Origin: Amoebidium appalachense
Lineage: Eukaryota; Protista; Ichthyosporea
DNA: 64,000 nt
NCBI GenBank assembly: GCA_963693365.1
Contig: CAVNZM010000009.1
Location: 328,963-392,962 of the forward strand
Direction: 5' to 3'
Part shown: positions 1 through 11,400 of the stretch, one piece after another
Numbering within the stretch: position 1 is the first letter of the stretch
Layout: the number at the start of each line of letters is the position of its first letter
Translations under genes and position numbers: made by a program
The notes under the pieces: generated by a model
Database searches by the model: none
Seen by the model: only the letters and a program-made list of their open reading frames with translations
Told to the model about the DNA's origin: nothing

Positions 1-203
1 AGCAGGCAACAACACATCTTCTGTGTTTAGCACCTACAGCTTTACAGCTATATTTTCTTTTCACCCACCCACCTACACCCTACACTCAACCCCCATTGAT
101 CCCCACATACGTGCTGTTTTTTCACGGGGCGAAGACTTCCCCCGTTTTTTGGGCACAAGGACCTCACGGATCAATAAATTGATGACTGGGGGCCTGCCGT
201 GGT

Positions 204-2120
204 TTACAACCATTGCAGGTTCACTTTCGTCCAAGGGGATGTCCCCCTAGAGGCAACACACGTCCCGGAGTAGTTTTCATAGAAGAGCACGAAGTCGCCT
301 GGCCTGCTGGTAATATGGTGATACCGATCACAGTCAGGCCAAAGTTCATCCCATGTGTTGGTTGCTGCTTCATAATACAACCAGTGGTCGTATGGTTCAC
401 CAACTACTTGCACATGGTGATTCCTGATGGCATCCTCGAGGGCTATCTGACACGGCAGTTGCGGGTACCAATCCGCACCATCCAAAACCTCGGCGATAGG
501 AACAGCACTCCACAGGGCATCCGCGCTGGGAGACGTGTCAGGCTGGCCCGTGGTCTTGTTAATACCGATATAGCTGCCGCGCTGTTGTTCCAAATGGTCG
601 GAGGGGGTTTGTACCCAAAATAACTCGATGTCTGCCTGCCAGGGGCAGACGCCGTCGGCATCGTTGAGCATGATTTGGTCAAATCCACTCGGGGGGTAGA
701 TGACGGCCGCTTGCCGGGTTTCGGTGTCGTAAGCATACAACCCGTCAACAACGAATGGCAAATCTCTACCTTGCCCCTCCGCTTTGGCTGTTTTGAACTC
801 TTCGCGCTCAACATCTTTCCTGATTGTGTCAATTAAGTCTCCCCAATCGAAGGGAAGCACAATGACGTGTCGTTTGTTCATGACGTCCACAAGCATCTGC
901 CACGACACGCCCACTTGCAGACGCCGCATGTATGTGGAAATTTCGACGGTTTCGATGTCGGTATCGATCTGGCCCAGGGGAACAAACTCGCCTTCTTCCT
1001 GCCCTTCCTGAATCTCGTAAGCAAACCACCCCGTGCACCGCCCGAATATGTTTTTGCGCTCGGCAGGCCCACCCTCGCTGTAATCCGCCTGGACCCTGCT
1101 AACTAAATTCGAAAGCTTTTTGTCCCATTCCAGCTTGTGTCTAATGATGTTTGCGTAGTCGTACAGGTGGGCTTGGGTACGGGGTGCAGTTGTAACTGGC
1201 GGGTTTGAGGCAGCTTGTGCCAAAATATTGGCCTTTTGGGTGGCCATATCTAGTATTATATTCGCATGGACATCGTCGTAGCCGTCGTTGTCGTGGTCCC
1301 TCCGGTGGGCATAATGGTCCATCAATCGCAGCAGCAAACACGTGTTAAACGACTCTAACGTATACGCAGAGCTGTCTAACTTGACAACTCCTGCAGACCC
1401 TCGCAACCACGCAGTGCACGGCGGGTAATGCCGCAGTTTGCCGTCCCCCGTGTACCCCTCACTGGGGTGTGTCTCTACGATCCTTCTAATAGCATCCTCA
1501 GGAAGTAAACCCCACCAGTTCCAGAACCTACTATCCTGAAAATCACTGTTATTCTCTATGGCGTATTGGACATCCGCCAAAGTGGAGGTTGCAAAAAACA
1601 TATCGGCAAAGCTCTCGCTCGTTTTTTGGTCCAGTTCGGACATTTTTGCCGCAATCTCTGCTGCTGTGGCCTGCATCACCGTCCTAGTTGCAAGGCAACA
1701 GCGCCCTTCAGGGTTGTACACGGCCAGCTTGTCATAGCTTCGGAGGTACACCGCTGTGCATGCACGGAAACCTGCTTTCAACTCTTCCTGCAGTTGCAAT
1801 AGACTCAACGAGGTGTCTACCTCAAACACAACAAAAGGGTGCAACGTTTCCACTAGAGTGACATCTTCGGGGGTTGAAACCGTGGCAAGGCCGTTGGTGT
1901 TTGCAAAAGAAAACACTACAACATCTTCCCCTACAGGGCCTAACAACAGCGGTGTCTTCGATGGAACGATCCGAACACGCACTGGCATTGAGGGTGCAAG
2001 TCCCATTGCTGACAGCGAAATAATAATTCTGCCTATACCCTGCATGCCAAATCCTGTTGTGTTTTCGTGCAGCTGAGGTCGGTGTATTTGAAACGATTTG
2101 GATATAATAACATCAGTCAT
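204..2120 (-). CDS. Intronless 638-aa hypothetical protein, family not recognised
   Basis: Uninterrupted ATG-to-stop ORF with complex, globular-looking composition; CCAAT boxes lie directly upstream. Confidence 0.8.
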   Translation of the reverse strand: MTDVIISKSFQIHRPQLHENTTGFGMQGIGRIIISLSAMGLAPSMPVRVRIVPSKTPLLLGPVGEDVVVFSFANTNGLATVSTPEDVTLVETLHPFVVFEVDTSLSLLQLQEELKAGFRACTAVYLRSYDKLAVYNPEGRCCLATRTVMQATAAEIAAKMSELDQKTSESFADMFFATSTLADVQYAIENNSDFQDSRFWNWWGLLPEDAIRRIVETHPSEGYTGDGKLRHYPPCTAWLRGSAGVVKLDSSAYTLESFNTCLLLRLMDHYAHRRDHDNDGYDDVHANIILDMATQKANILAQAASNPPVTTAPRTQAHLYDYANIIRHKLEWDKKLSNLVSRVQADYSEGGPAERKNIFGRCTGWFAYEIQEGQEEGEFVPLGQIDTDIETVEISTYMRRLQVGVSWQMLVDVMNKRHVIVLPFDWGDLIDTIRKDVEREEFKTAKAEGQGRDLPFVVDGLYAYDTETRQAAVIYPPSGFDQIMLNDADGVCPWQADIELFWVQTPSDHLEQQRGSYIGINKTTGQPDTSPSADALWSAVPIAEVLDGADWYPQLPCQIALEDAIRNHHVQVVGEPYDHWLYYEAATNTWDELWPDCDRYHHITSRPGDFVLFYENYSGTCVASRGTSPWTKVNLQWL

Positions 2121-2222
2121 CGCGCTGATTGGCTAAACGCGGATGACACATCTTTTCGGATGATTGGTTGGATAAATCTAGTTACCATCGGCTAGCCGCG
2201 CTGATTGGCCAAATCCAATTGG
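2121..2222 (-). promoter_or_regulatory. CCAAT-box cluster upstream of the 638-aa ORF
   Basis: cgcgctgattggc occurs twice, plus tgattggtt and ccaattgg, within ~100 bp of the ATG. Confidence 0.45.
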
Positions 2223-3072
2223 TGTTGCTTCGGCATAACCCGTGCGCAAGCCCGAAAATTCGGATTTGTTTCTTGGTATTTTTTGAAGTCCGGAATATTT
2301 TTGCCTGGGGTGTATGGTATATTTTCATCCCCAGTTAAAGGGGGTGAAAGGGGGTTCCTATTTTAGCTTACCACGAAATTTGCAGGGGTTTACCATAAAC
2401 TGAAGGGGGGCGGGTTGGTGCAATGGTAAGATCTCTGCGTGTCAAGCTCAAAGTCGCAGGATCGATCCTGGTTACTTCCGATTTTTTCTGCCTCGACGGT
2501 CCACCGGTCTGGCCGCCCCCTAGAAGCCATCACCCCAGACCACGTCAAAGCAGCACCACCAATTTGTTATCACCCGGCCGTAAGACATGACGTCATGAAC
2601 AGCACCGGCCCTCTGACGTCGACGGCGCGCCGCTTGGGCATCCCGGCCCAACGTTCAAGTGGGAGACCAATCCGAGTCACCGGCCACGGTTCGGGTCAGC
2701 GTCCTGGGCATGGGGTCTTCCCTTTCAAGTCTTTATGTTTGTGTATGTGTCCCGGGTCGCTCCCGGCTGGTGTTGTTAAAGTGAGCTGTGCTCATTTCCC
2801 CACTAGCGTTGCTGCGGTTAGAACCGTGGGATAAGGCGTAACTAAAAATAGTGCCAGTTGGGGTCAATTAGAATCCTGACTTATGAGTGTGCTATACAGT
2901 ACGATCAGTGTCTAGGCGGAAGACGGTAAGCTCCCCTGAGGCAGTGCCTCGCCGGGAGTGAAAGGGGATAAAATAAAAAAAATAAAAAATACCATAAACT
3001 GAAAATATGATGGTATTTTTGAAACGTTTAGGGTATTTTTTACCGTAAAAACGGGGTTATGGTCGGGCCTGC

Positions 3073-3243
3073 CCGTGCGCTTGCACCTGTGTTGCTTGAG
3101 AGTAGGGTCATGAGCGCTATCACCGTGCGCTTGCACCTGTGTTGCTTGAGAGTAGGGTCATGAGCGCTATCACCGTGCGCTTGCACCTGTGTTGTTGGCG
3201 AGTAGGGTCATGATCGCTATCACCATAACCTTGCTCATGAGCG
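3073..3243. repeat. 50-bp tandem repeat, ~3 copies
   Basis: ccgtgcgcttgcacctgtgttg... starts at 3073, 3123 and 3173. Confidence 0.9.
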
Positions 3244-3316
3244 CCCCCCCCCCCCCCCCCCCCCCCCCCAAACCCTCCTCCCATCTGCCCGCACAACCCC
3301 AACCCCACATTATATC

Positions 3317-3724
3317 GTGCACCGGGTAACATGGACGCTGGCGCACCCCTTCCCCCACCCAGCCCATTCGCACCCCCCTCCCCCGATCCGCACAAGCCCG
3401 CGCAGCACCCCCGGGCCCTCCCCCATCCTACTGGCCATCCTGGCCGGCCTGATCCTCTACGTGCTCTGGGACACGTTCAGCCCACGTGTGCGGCGGCGCC
3501 TGGCAGTGCTCAAGTGCCAGCGTGCGTGCCCAATGTGTGCCAGCTGCGGCAGCTGCGTTCCCCGCCGCAAGTGTGCGCACTGCCCCCGCTGCCACGTGTG
3601 CGGTGCCAGCCCCACTCGGTGCGCACAGCGCCCCGCATGCACGCGCTGCCCGCCCGAGCAGAAGTGCCCGGCGTGCCCCACGTGTGCGCATGCGCCTGCG
3701 GTGGTGATCAAGGAGCGCACTTGA
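3317..3724 (+). CDS. Small membrane-anchored Cys-rich (CxxC/CPxCP repeat) protein, virus-like
   Basis: Hydrophobic helix ILLAILAGLILYVLW followed by CPMCASCGSC...CPACPTC; GC-rich third codon positions. The probable true ATG at 3331 is in another frame, suggesting a C-run frameshift. Confidence 0.6.
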   Translation: MHRVTWTLAHPFPHPAHSHPPPPIRTSPRSTPGPSPILLAILAGLILYVLWDTFSPRVRRRLAVLKCQRACPMCASCGSCVPRRKCAHCPRCHVCGASPTRCAQRPACTRCPPEQKCPACPTCAHAPAVVIKERT

Positions 3725-3760
3725 AGGGTTGGGTGAGCAGAGATTTTTGTGGCATAGAGT

Positions 3761-4021
3761 ATGGCGTACCAATGGGAGTACAAGCTGAAGGAGGAGCCCG
3801 GCAAGGCACCCGTGGTGCAGGCAACTATTGTGCCGACCGAGGCCACCACCCGGCGGACGCAGATGGAGCAACGAGCATACGCACAAGAGCTTGCGGAAAA
3901 GGGCTATATAGATCTGCCCGATGAGTTGGCGGAGAAGTGTGGATTCAAGAAGTGGGTGCCGAAGAATCAACGACAGACAGCAATTGTACTGCAGAAGATG
4001 ATGGAGCCTGAGGATGCATAG
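3761..4021 (+). CDS. 86-aa intronless hypothetical protein
   Basis: Clean ATG-to-TAG ORF with protein-like composition, starting 36 bp after the previous ORF. Confidence 0.55.
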   Translation: MAYQWEYKLKEEPGKAPVVQATIVPTEATTRRTQMEQRAYAQELAEKGYIDLPDELAEKCGFKKWVPKNQRQTAIVLQKMMEPEDA

Positions 4022-4212
4022 AGACCTACACACAAAGGATGAATGGACTTACACCACAAACATGGAAAATGTAAATGACGAGAGAATCTCCACAAACATG
4101 GAAAATGTAAATGACGAGAGAATCTGTTGGGATGTTTAATTTTGATGAGCTGGAGTCTATCTCCCCCCCCTCCCCTTCACCGTTCAATGAAAACTTGGTA
4201 GCATGTGTATCA

Positions 4213-4354
<142 letters not shown>

Positions 4355-4649
4355 ACAATGTACGTGCCAGTGTGCTTGTACACAGATTGAAAAGGAGACT
4401 TGGGGTATATTAAATGGAGTCTCTCCCGCTACCACGGGCAAATACATTCAATAATCATTACGGAAACTTGGTACTGTTACCGGGCAAATACAATATACAT
4501 GAAAATTTGGATAAGATTGAAGCAGATCACATTCGAATAAACATTACAGAAAACTTGGTATGAAAACTTTGTACCACGTCTTTCCTCCACCACACCCATC
4601 ACAAACCCCTATAGATGTGGATGTGTGCCTACTGCCCACACCACCACAA

Positions 4650-5306
4650 ATACGTTTCCCCCACCGCACCCACCACAAACCCTAAGTAAGATGTGAATGT
4701 GGGGCCTACCCGCCGCCACCACTACAACTACGTTTCCCCCACCGCACCCACCACAAACCCTAAGTAAGATGTGAATGTGGGGCCTACCCGCCGCCACCAC
4801 TACAACTACGTTTCCCCCACCGCACCCACCACAAACCCTAAGTAAGATGTGAATGTGGGGCCTACCCGCCGCCACCACTACAACTACGTTTCCCCACCGC
4901 ACCCACCACAAACCCTAAGTAAGATGTGAATGTGGGGCCTACCCGCCGCCACCACTACAACTACGTTTCCCCCACCGCACCCACCACAAACCCTAAGTAA
5001 GATGTGAATGTGGGGCCTACCCGCCGCCACCACTACAACTACGTTTCCCCCACCGCACCCACCACAAACCCTAAGTAAGATGTGAATGTGGGGCCTACCC
5101 GCCGCCACCACTACAACTACGTTTCCCCACCGCACCCACCACAAACCCTAAGTAAGATGTGAATGTGGGGCCTACCCGCCGCCACCACTACAACTACGTT
5201 TCCCCCACCGCACCCACCACAAACCCTAAGTAAGATGTGAATGTGGGGCCTACCCGCCGCCACCACTACAACTACGTTTCCCCCACCGCACCCACCACAA
5301 ACCCTA
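4650..5306. repeat. 78-bp minisatellite, ~8-9 copies
   Basis: Unit ...cacaaaccctaagtaagatgtgaatgtggggcctacccgccgcc...; cctaagtaag recurs at 4681 and 4759; gives a 26-aa periodic pseudo-ORF. It begins at the KDM4-like stop codon. Confidence 0.95.
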
Positions 5307-5630
5307 GGCCACATTCATTTTGGCTTCCTCCTCGAACTCCTTGATGTCAGCCTTGTACTTCTCTCTCAGCTTTTTCCACTGTGCAGGGGACACCTGTGGG
5401 TTGATAGTTGGGTGTAAGTGGTAGTCCAGCCAGGTGATTTGTTTATGCAAGGCTCAGACATCACTGTATGCCATTACCTCAAACACACCCACGCACCCAC
5501 CACTACACCACCATGGCACACACCCACAGAAAACGAACTCCTACGTGTGGACCAGGTCAAGAAAAACTCTGCAAGGACCCAAAAAACCGTTTTTACGAAC
5601 CCCTACATGTAATTGTGAATGCTAGGGCAT

Positions 5631-5677
<47 letters not shown>

Positions 5678-8600
5678 GTGTGTGTGTGTTACGTGTTTGT
5701 TTGTTTTTTTGTTTTTTTTGTTTTTTTTTTTTTTTGGGGGGGGGGGAGGGGGGGGGGAGGGGGTTACCTTGAAAACGTGTTTCCTGTCAGTGTAGCCACA
5801 CGTGCATGCCGGGGGGGCTTCTTGCCAGCGACCACAAGCCAGTTGACCGTGGCAAAATTTACCGCCTCGGCCAAGCTGCTACCAGTAGCATACCCAAAGT
5901 GGTATGCCCCAGGCAATGTGTAGATGACCTCGCCGGCCTGCTGAACCGTGTGCTGCACAGGAACACCCTTCTTCATCAAGTAACGGGGGTGGATGAACAC
6001 AGACTGTCCCACCCACATGTTAGTCATATGAAAAACCGGGTGGTCGTTTTTGTAAGTGCTTTTTTGTTTTTTGTTCTTCACGTCATTCACGTCAGTGTCT
6101 ACCACTCCCTCTCTCTCTCTCTTCTTGTAGTCCTCTGTTGTGTGTGTGGTCGTTTTTTTTTTTTTTTTTTTTTTTGGGGGGGGGGGGGGTGAGGGATTAC
6201 CTTATGCTGTGTGACTTTCTTGCAGATACCGGCCCCCGAAAGGCCAAGCCTCTTGTAGATATCCTCGAGGATAGACGTGACCTGTCCATTGTACTCTGCA
6301 CTGATTATATACCAGCTTTTGTCTCCGGGCCCACGGGTCATGATGTTGACACTTCCGAGCAGACCGTCTTCTGTGTGGGGCACAAACGGAGACCCCGTCG
6401 TGACACTGCAAGGAGGCATGTGATTGGGGTTAAAACAATAATTAGTTCCGACTTCGATGTGATCCAATACATTCCGAGAAGACCTGACCCATACACATAC
6501 ACCCAGGATGGTTCTGTGAACAAAAGGGGCATTCTGCAAACCTGCCTTTTTTCCCTTTGTTGTTTGTTGTTGTGTTTTTTTTTTTTTGGGGGGGGGGGGG
6601 AAGGGGTGGGGGGGCATACTTATAGAGCATCGGTGTTGAGATGCCCTCACAGTTCTGGAACTCTCTCGATACAATCGAGCCCAGCGTCTCCAAGCTGAAC
6701 ATGTAGTCGATTTCTTCCCTCACTACCTGTACACACACCACATTGCATCAACACAACATACACTCTCCGCACAAACACACGCACACACCCATGCCTACAC
6801 AACATGCACTCTCTGCTGCACAAACACACGCACACACCCATGCCTACACAACATGCACCCTCTGCTGCACACACACGAATACACCCATGCCTATACAACA
6901 TGCACCCTCTGCTGCACACACACGAATACACCCATGCCTACACAACATGCACCCTCTGCTGCACACACACGAATACACCCATGCCTACACAACATGCACC
7001 CTCTGCTGCACACACACGAATACACCCATGCCTATACAACATGCACCCTCTGCTGCACACACACGAATACACCCATGCCTACACAACATGCACCCTCTGC
7101 TGCACACACACGAATACACCCATGCCTACACAACATGCACCCTCTGCTGCACACACACGAATACACCCATGCCTACAGAATACACCCATGCCTTCACAAC
7201 ATGCACCCTCTGCTGCACACACACGAATACACCCATGCCTACAGAATACACCCATGCCTTCACAACATGCACCCTCTGCTGCACACACACGAATACACCC
7301 ATGCCTACAGAATACACCCATGCCTTCACAACATGCACCCTCTGCTGCACACACACGAATACACCCATGCCTACACAACATGCACCCTCTGCTGCACACA
7401 CACGAATACACCCATGCCTTCACAACATGCACCCTCTGCTGCACACACACGAATACACCCATGCCTACACAACATGCACCCTCTGCTGCACACACACGAA
7501 TACACCCATGCCTACACAACATGCACCCTCTGCTGCACACACACGAATACACCCATGCCTTCACAACATGCACCCTCTGCTGCACACACACGAATACACC
7601 CATGCCTACACAACATGCACCCTCTGCTGCACACACACGAATACACCCATGCCTACACAACATGCACCCTCTGCTGCACACACACGAATACACCCATGCC
7701 TTCACAACATGCACCCTCTGCTGCACACACACGAATACACCCATGCCTACACAACATGCACCCTCTGCTGCACACACACGAATACACCCATGCCTACACA
7801 ACATGCACCCTCTGCTGCACACACACGAATACACCCATGCCTTCACAACATGCACCCTCTGCTGCACACACACGAATACACCCATGCCTTCACAACATGC
7901 ACCCTCTGCTGCACACACACGAATACACCCATGCCTACACAACATGCACCCTCTGCTGCACACACACGAATACACCCATGCCTACACAACATGCACCCTC
8001 AGCTGCACACACACGAATACACCCATGCCTACACAACATGCACCCTCTGCTGCACACACACGAATACACCCATGCCTTCACAACATGCACCCTCTGCTGC
8101 ACACACACGAATACACCCATGCCTTCACAACATGCACCCTCTGCTGCACACACACGAATACACCCATGCCTACACAACATGCACCCTCAGCTGCACACAC
8201 ACGAATACACCCATGCCTACACAACATGCACCCTCTGCACAAACACACGCACATACACACACATGACACACACGTACCTCACTGGGTGTATGGGTGTTTT
8301 TAAGAGGTGTCAGATCCGTTCCGTAAAAGAACATTTTACTGTAAGTTTCCGGTAAGCAGTCCAATTGCCCCCAGAACTCCTCCTCATCCAACGGGTCCCC
8401 CTGCTCAATCGTGTTAGCTCCTGTTCACGGTAACCATACCCTAATGGTTGCAAATACGCACCTCTGGAATTTGCTCTTTGATGTCGTCCCTATAAACGAG
8501 GAAGACATCCTTGATGGCGGTAGCCTCCAGACAGATCTTGGTGTAGGATTTTCTCACTGGTGTGGCCCAAGCAGCCTCTTTCAGCCCCTGCACTACCGGT

Positions 8601-10560
8601 TCGGGAAGCATGAACTTGACGGCACCAGCTGCCCGAACCTCGTGTCGGTTTTCCATTACCCTAACTATCGTCTCAAATGAGAGCTTTTCTAACTGCAGTT
8701 GGCTGAGATGTTTCACGGGTACCTCGGTGAACCCCACCGACTCCCCTGTCTCCGCCCCCTGCTGTTGCCCCCTATCCGCCTCCTCCGCTTCTTGCTCTGT
8801 GTGTGTGTGTGTGTGTGCCATGCGTGTGTGCACGTGTGTGCCGGGTGTGTGTGCATGTTTGTGCCGGGTGTGCGTGTGCGTGTGTGTCGGGGTGGGGGGT
8901 AGGATTAGCCAAGGTGGATGCACGTGTGCAGGTGTGTGCTCTCTCTCTCTCTCTGTGTATGTGTGTGGTGGTGGTGGTGGTTGGGTGTGTGTGGCGGGGA
9001 CTAGTCGAGGTGCCCAGGTGCATGCATGCGTGCAGACGTGTAATGGCTTGTGTGTTGGGGGGTGGGGGGGGGGGGGGGGATAGCCTGGCAGGTGCATGCG
9101 TGCGTGCAGACGTATGATCCCTTCCGTGTGTGTGCGGGGAGAGGGGGGATAGCCCAGGTGCATGCATGCGTGCAGACGTGTGATCCCTTCCGTGTGTGTG
9201 CGGGGAGAGGGGGGATAGCCCAGGTGCATGCATGCGTGCAGACGTGTGATCCCTTCCGTGTGTGTGCGGGGAGAGGGGGGATAGCCCAGGTGCATGCATG
9301 CGTGCAGACGTGTGATCCCTTCCGTGTGTGTGCGGGGAGAGGGGGGATAGCCCAGGTGCATGCATGCGTGCAGACGTGTAATGGCTTGTGTGTTGGGGGG
9401 GGGGGGGGGGGGAGGGGGGGGGGGGGGGAGCGGGGGGATAGCCCAGGTGCATGCGTGCGTGCAGACGTGTGATCCCTTCCGTGTGTGTGCGGGGAGAGGG
9501 GGGATAGCCCAGGTGCATGCGTGCGTGCAGACGTGTGATCCCTTCCGTGTGTGTGCGGGGAGAGGGGGGATAGCCCAGGTGCATGCATGCGTGCAGACGT
9601 GTAATGGCTTGTGTGTTGGGGGGGGGGGGGGGGGGTTACCCGGCCTGAAATCCCAAGGAGATGTGTTGCGGGTGTGGCGGTAGCCCTCTGCCCCCTCTGC
9701 CCCTCCCTCTCCTCCCCCCATCCCCACCCTCTCCCTCTCCCTCCCCCTCCCCCTCTCCCCCCTCCCCACCCCCACCCTCTCCCTCTCCCTCCCCCTCCCC
9801 CTCTCCCCCCTCCCCACGCCCACCCTCTCCCTCTCCCTCCCCCTCCCCCTCTCCCCCCCTCCCCACCCCCACCCTCTCCCTCTCCCTCCCCCTCTCCCTC
9901 CCCCTCTCCCCCCTCCCCACCCCCTCCCTCTCCCCCCTCCACTCTTGCCCGCTTTCTCGGTCGGTCACTCGTCGGTGCAGGTAGCTTGAAAGCGGGGCTG
10001 CCTGGGGGGCTACGTGCAGCCCCATCCCACCACACTTTCCATCCGTGCTTTTTGAAGATGCGACAAATCTGGAACTCCCCCGGCAAAGTACCCACCACGG
10101 CAGGTATGCGACTGTAGTCCTTACTGCCAGGATACAGAGAAATGCGACCGAGCTTCACCGCCCAACCCTCACTCGAAAACGGATGATAGCTGTGAAGATC
10201 ATAAATCTTCCATCGAGGACCACCAAATCTGAGAATCCAGGCTACAACTTCCGGGATGCCCATGTCGTTTTCGAATTCGTGTAGGTTGTAGTTCTTCCTG
10301 CAACTAGGACGTCCGTCGTCCAGTTCAATCAAAAAAACATAAACATGTTCTGAACCCGTTGGCATCACCAAATATATGATCGGTGCGAGTTTTTTTTTTT
10401 GAGGATGACGATAAATACTCTGACGTGTGAGTAGCCTTTTACCGGTAAATATAACTGACGGATCAACGTCGTTCGAAAGCCTAAATGTGGGTGGGTCGAG
10501 TGGTATGCTGCTCGGGAATGCACGAGTGATGAGCGCCAGAATATTGCCGTTAACAGCCAT
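5304..10560 (-). CDS. KDM4-like JmjN/JmjC histone lysine demethylase, multi-exon, with an unrelated N-terminal domain; one homopolymer frameshift near 5811-5817
   Basis: Approximate exons: 10560-9639; 8797-8460 (GAVKFMLP, JmjN-like); 8420-8277 (EEEFW...FFYGTDL); 6726-6620 (EGISTPMLY); 6406-6201 (FVPHTEDGLLGSVN...KSWY...CKKVTQHK); 6003-5768 (QQAGEVIYTLPGAYHFG...AEAVNFA); 5394-5304. These match KDM4 motifs HTED, KSWY, QEAGE...YH and ESTNFA. Confidence 0.85.
6780..8245. repeat. 47-bp minisatellite, ~30 copies, inside a KDM4-like intron
   Basis: Unit cacccatgcctacacaacatgcaccctctgctgcacacacacgaata; open in all three + frames. Confidence 0.95.
9012..9617. repeat. 66-bp minisatellite in the first KDM4-like intron
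   Basis: Unit gcccaggtgcatgcatgcgtgcagacgtgtgatcccttccgtgtgtgtgcggggagaggggggata. Confidence 0.9.
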
Positions 10561-10675
10561 GTTGCTGTGTGTGTTTTTGTGATGTGTGTAATTGTGAGCA
10601 CCCTCTGCCTGTAAGACTGTCTGTGAGAGCGCTCTGTCTGTGTGCTTGTGCCACCGTGTTGTAGCGCTCGTGCTT

Positions 10676-10831
<156 letters not shown>

Positions 10832-11131
10832 AATCGTTCCTAGGAAAGCTCGTGCATGCGCGCGCTATGTTTTTTGTGTCCAGTCTAACAATGTTTGTGT
10901 TTAGCAGAACTCGTTTGTGTGTGTGCTCTGTTTTCGTATCCCAAACAATCTACGATTGTGTGCATAAGCCTAAAATGTGCCTCGCACAGGGAAACATGAA
11001 GGAAATTCTATGTATCTGTATTGGCTAAAAAAGGGGACAACTGATAGCGCGGTGTGCACAGGTTATTATAACAAGTTTCTTTGTTGTTTTCGTTCTGTTT
11101 TTGGCAATCTAGCCTATTTGTAATTACAATG

Positions 11132-11400
11132 GAAACATGTACAACAGCAGCGCCGGGCGAAAGTGACACGAACTGGTGTGGTGCGCTTGATTATGTTTGA
11201 AACATGCACAACAGCAGCGCTGGGCGAAAGTGACACGAACTGATGTGGTGCGCCTGATTACGTTTGAAACATGCACAACAGCAGCGCTGGGCGAAAGTGA
11301 CACGAATTGGTGTGGCGCGCTTGGTTATGTTTGAAACATGTACAACAGCAGCGCCGGGCGAAAGTAACACGAACTGGTGTGGTGCGCTTGGTTATATTTG
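11132..11400. repeat. 67-bp tandem repeat, 4 copies
   Basis: gaaacatg...cagcagcgc...gggcgaaagtgacacgaac starts at 11132, 11199, 11266 and 11333. Confidence 0.9.

Noticed and set aside
2233-3062. Possible TIR element (cataacccgt ... acggggttatg)
   Set aside because: The match is only ~11 bp and imperfect, with no TSD.
4670-5306. Telomere-like aaaccctaa in the 78-bp unit
   Set aside because: A single motif per unit, not a tandem telomeric array.
6743-8355. Three ~500-aa ORFs on the + strand
   Set aside because: Products of a stop-free 47-bp minisatellite, antisense within a KDM4-like intron.
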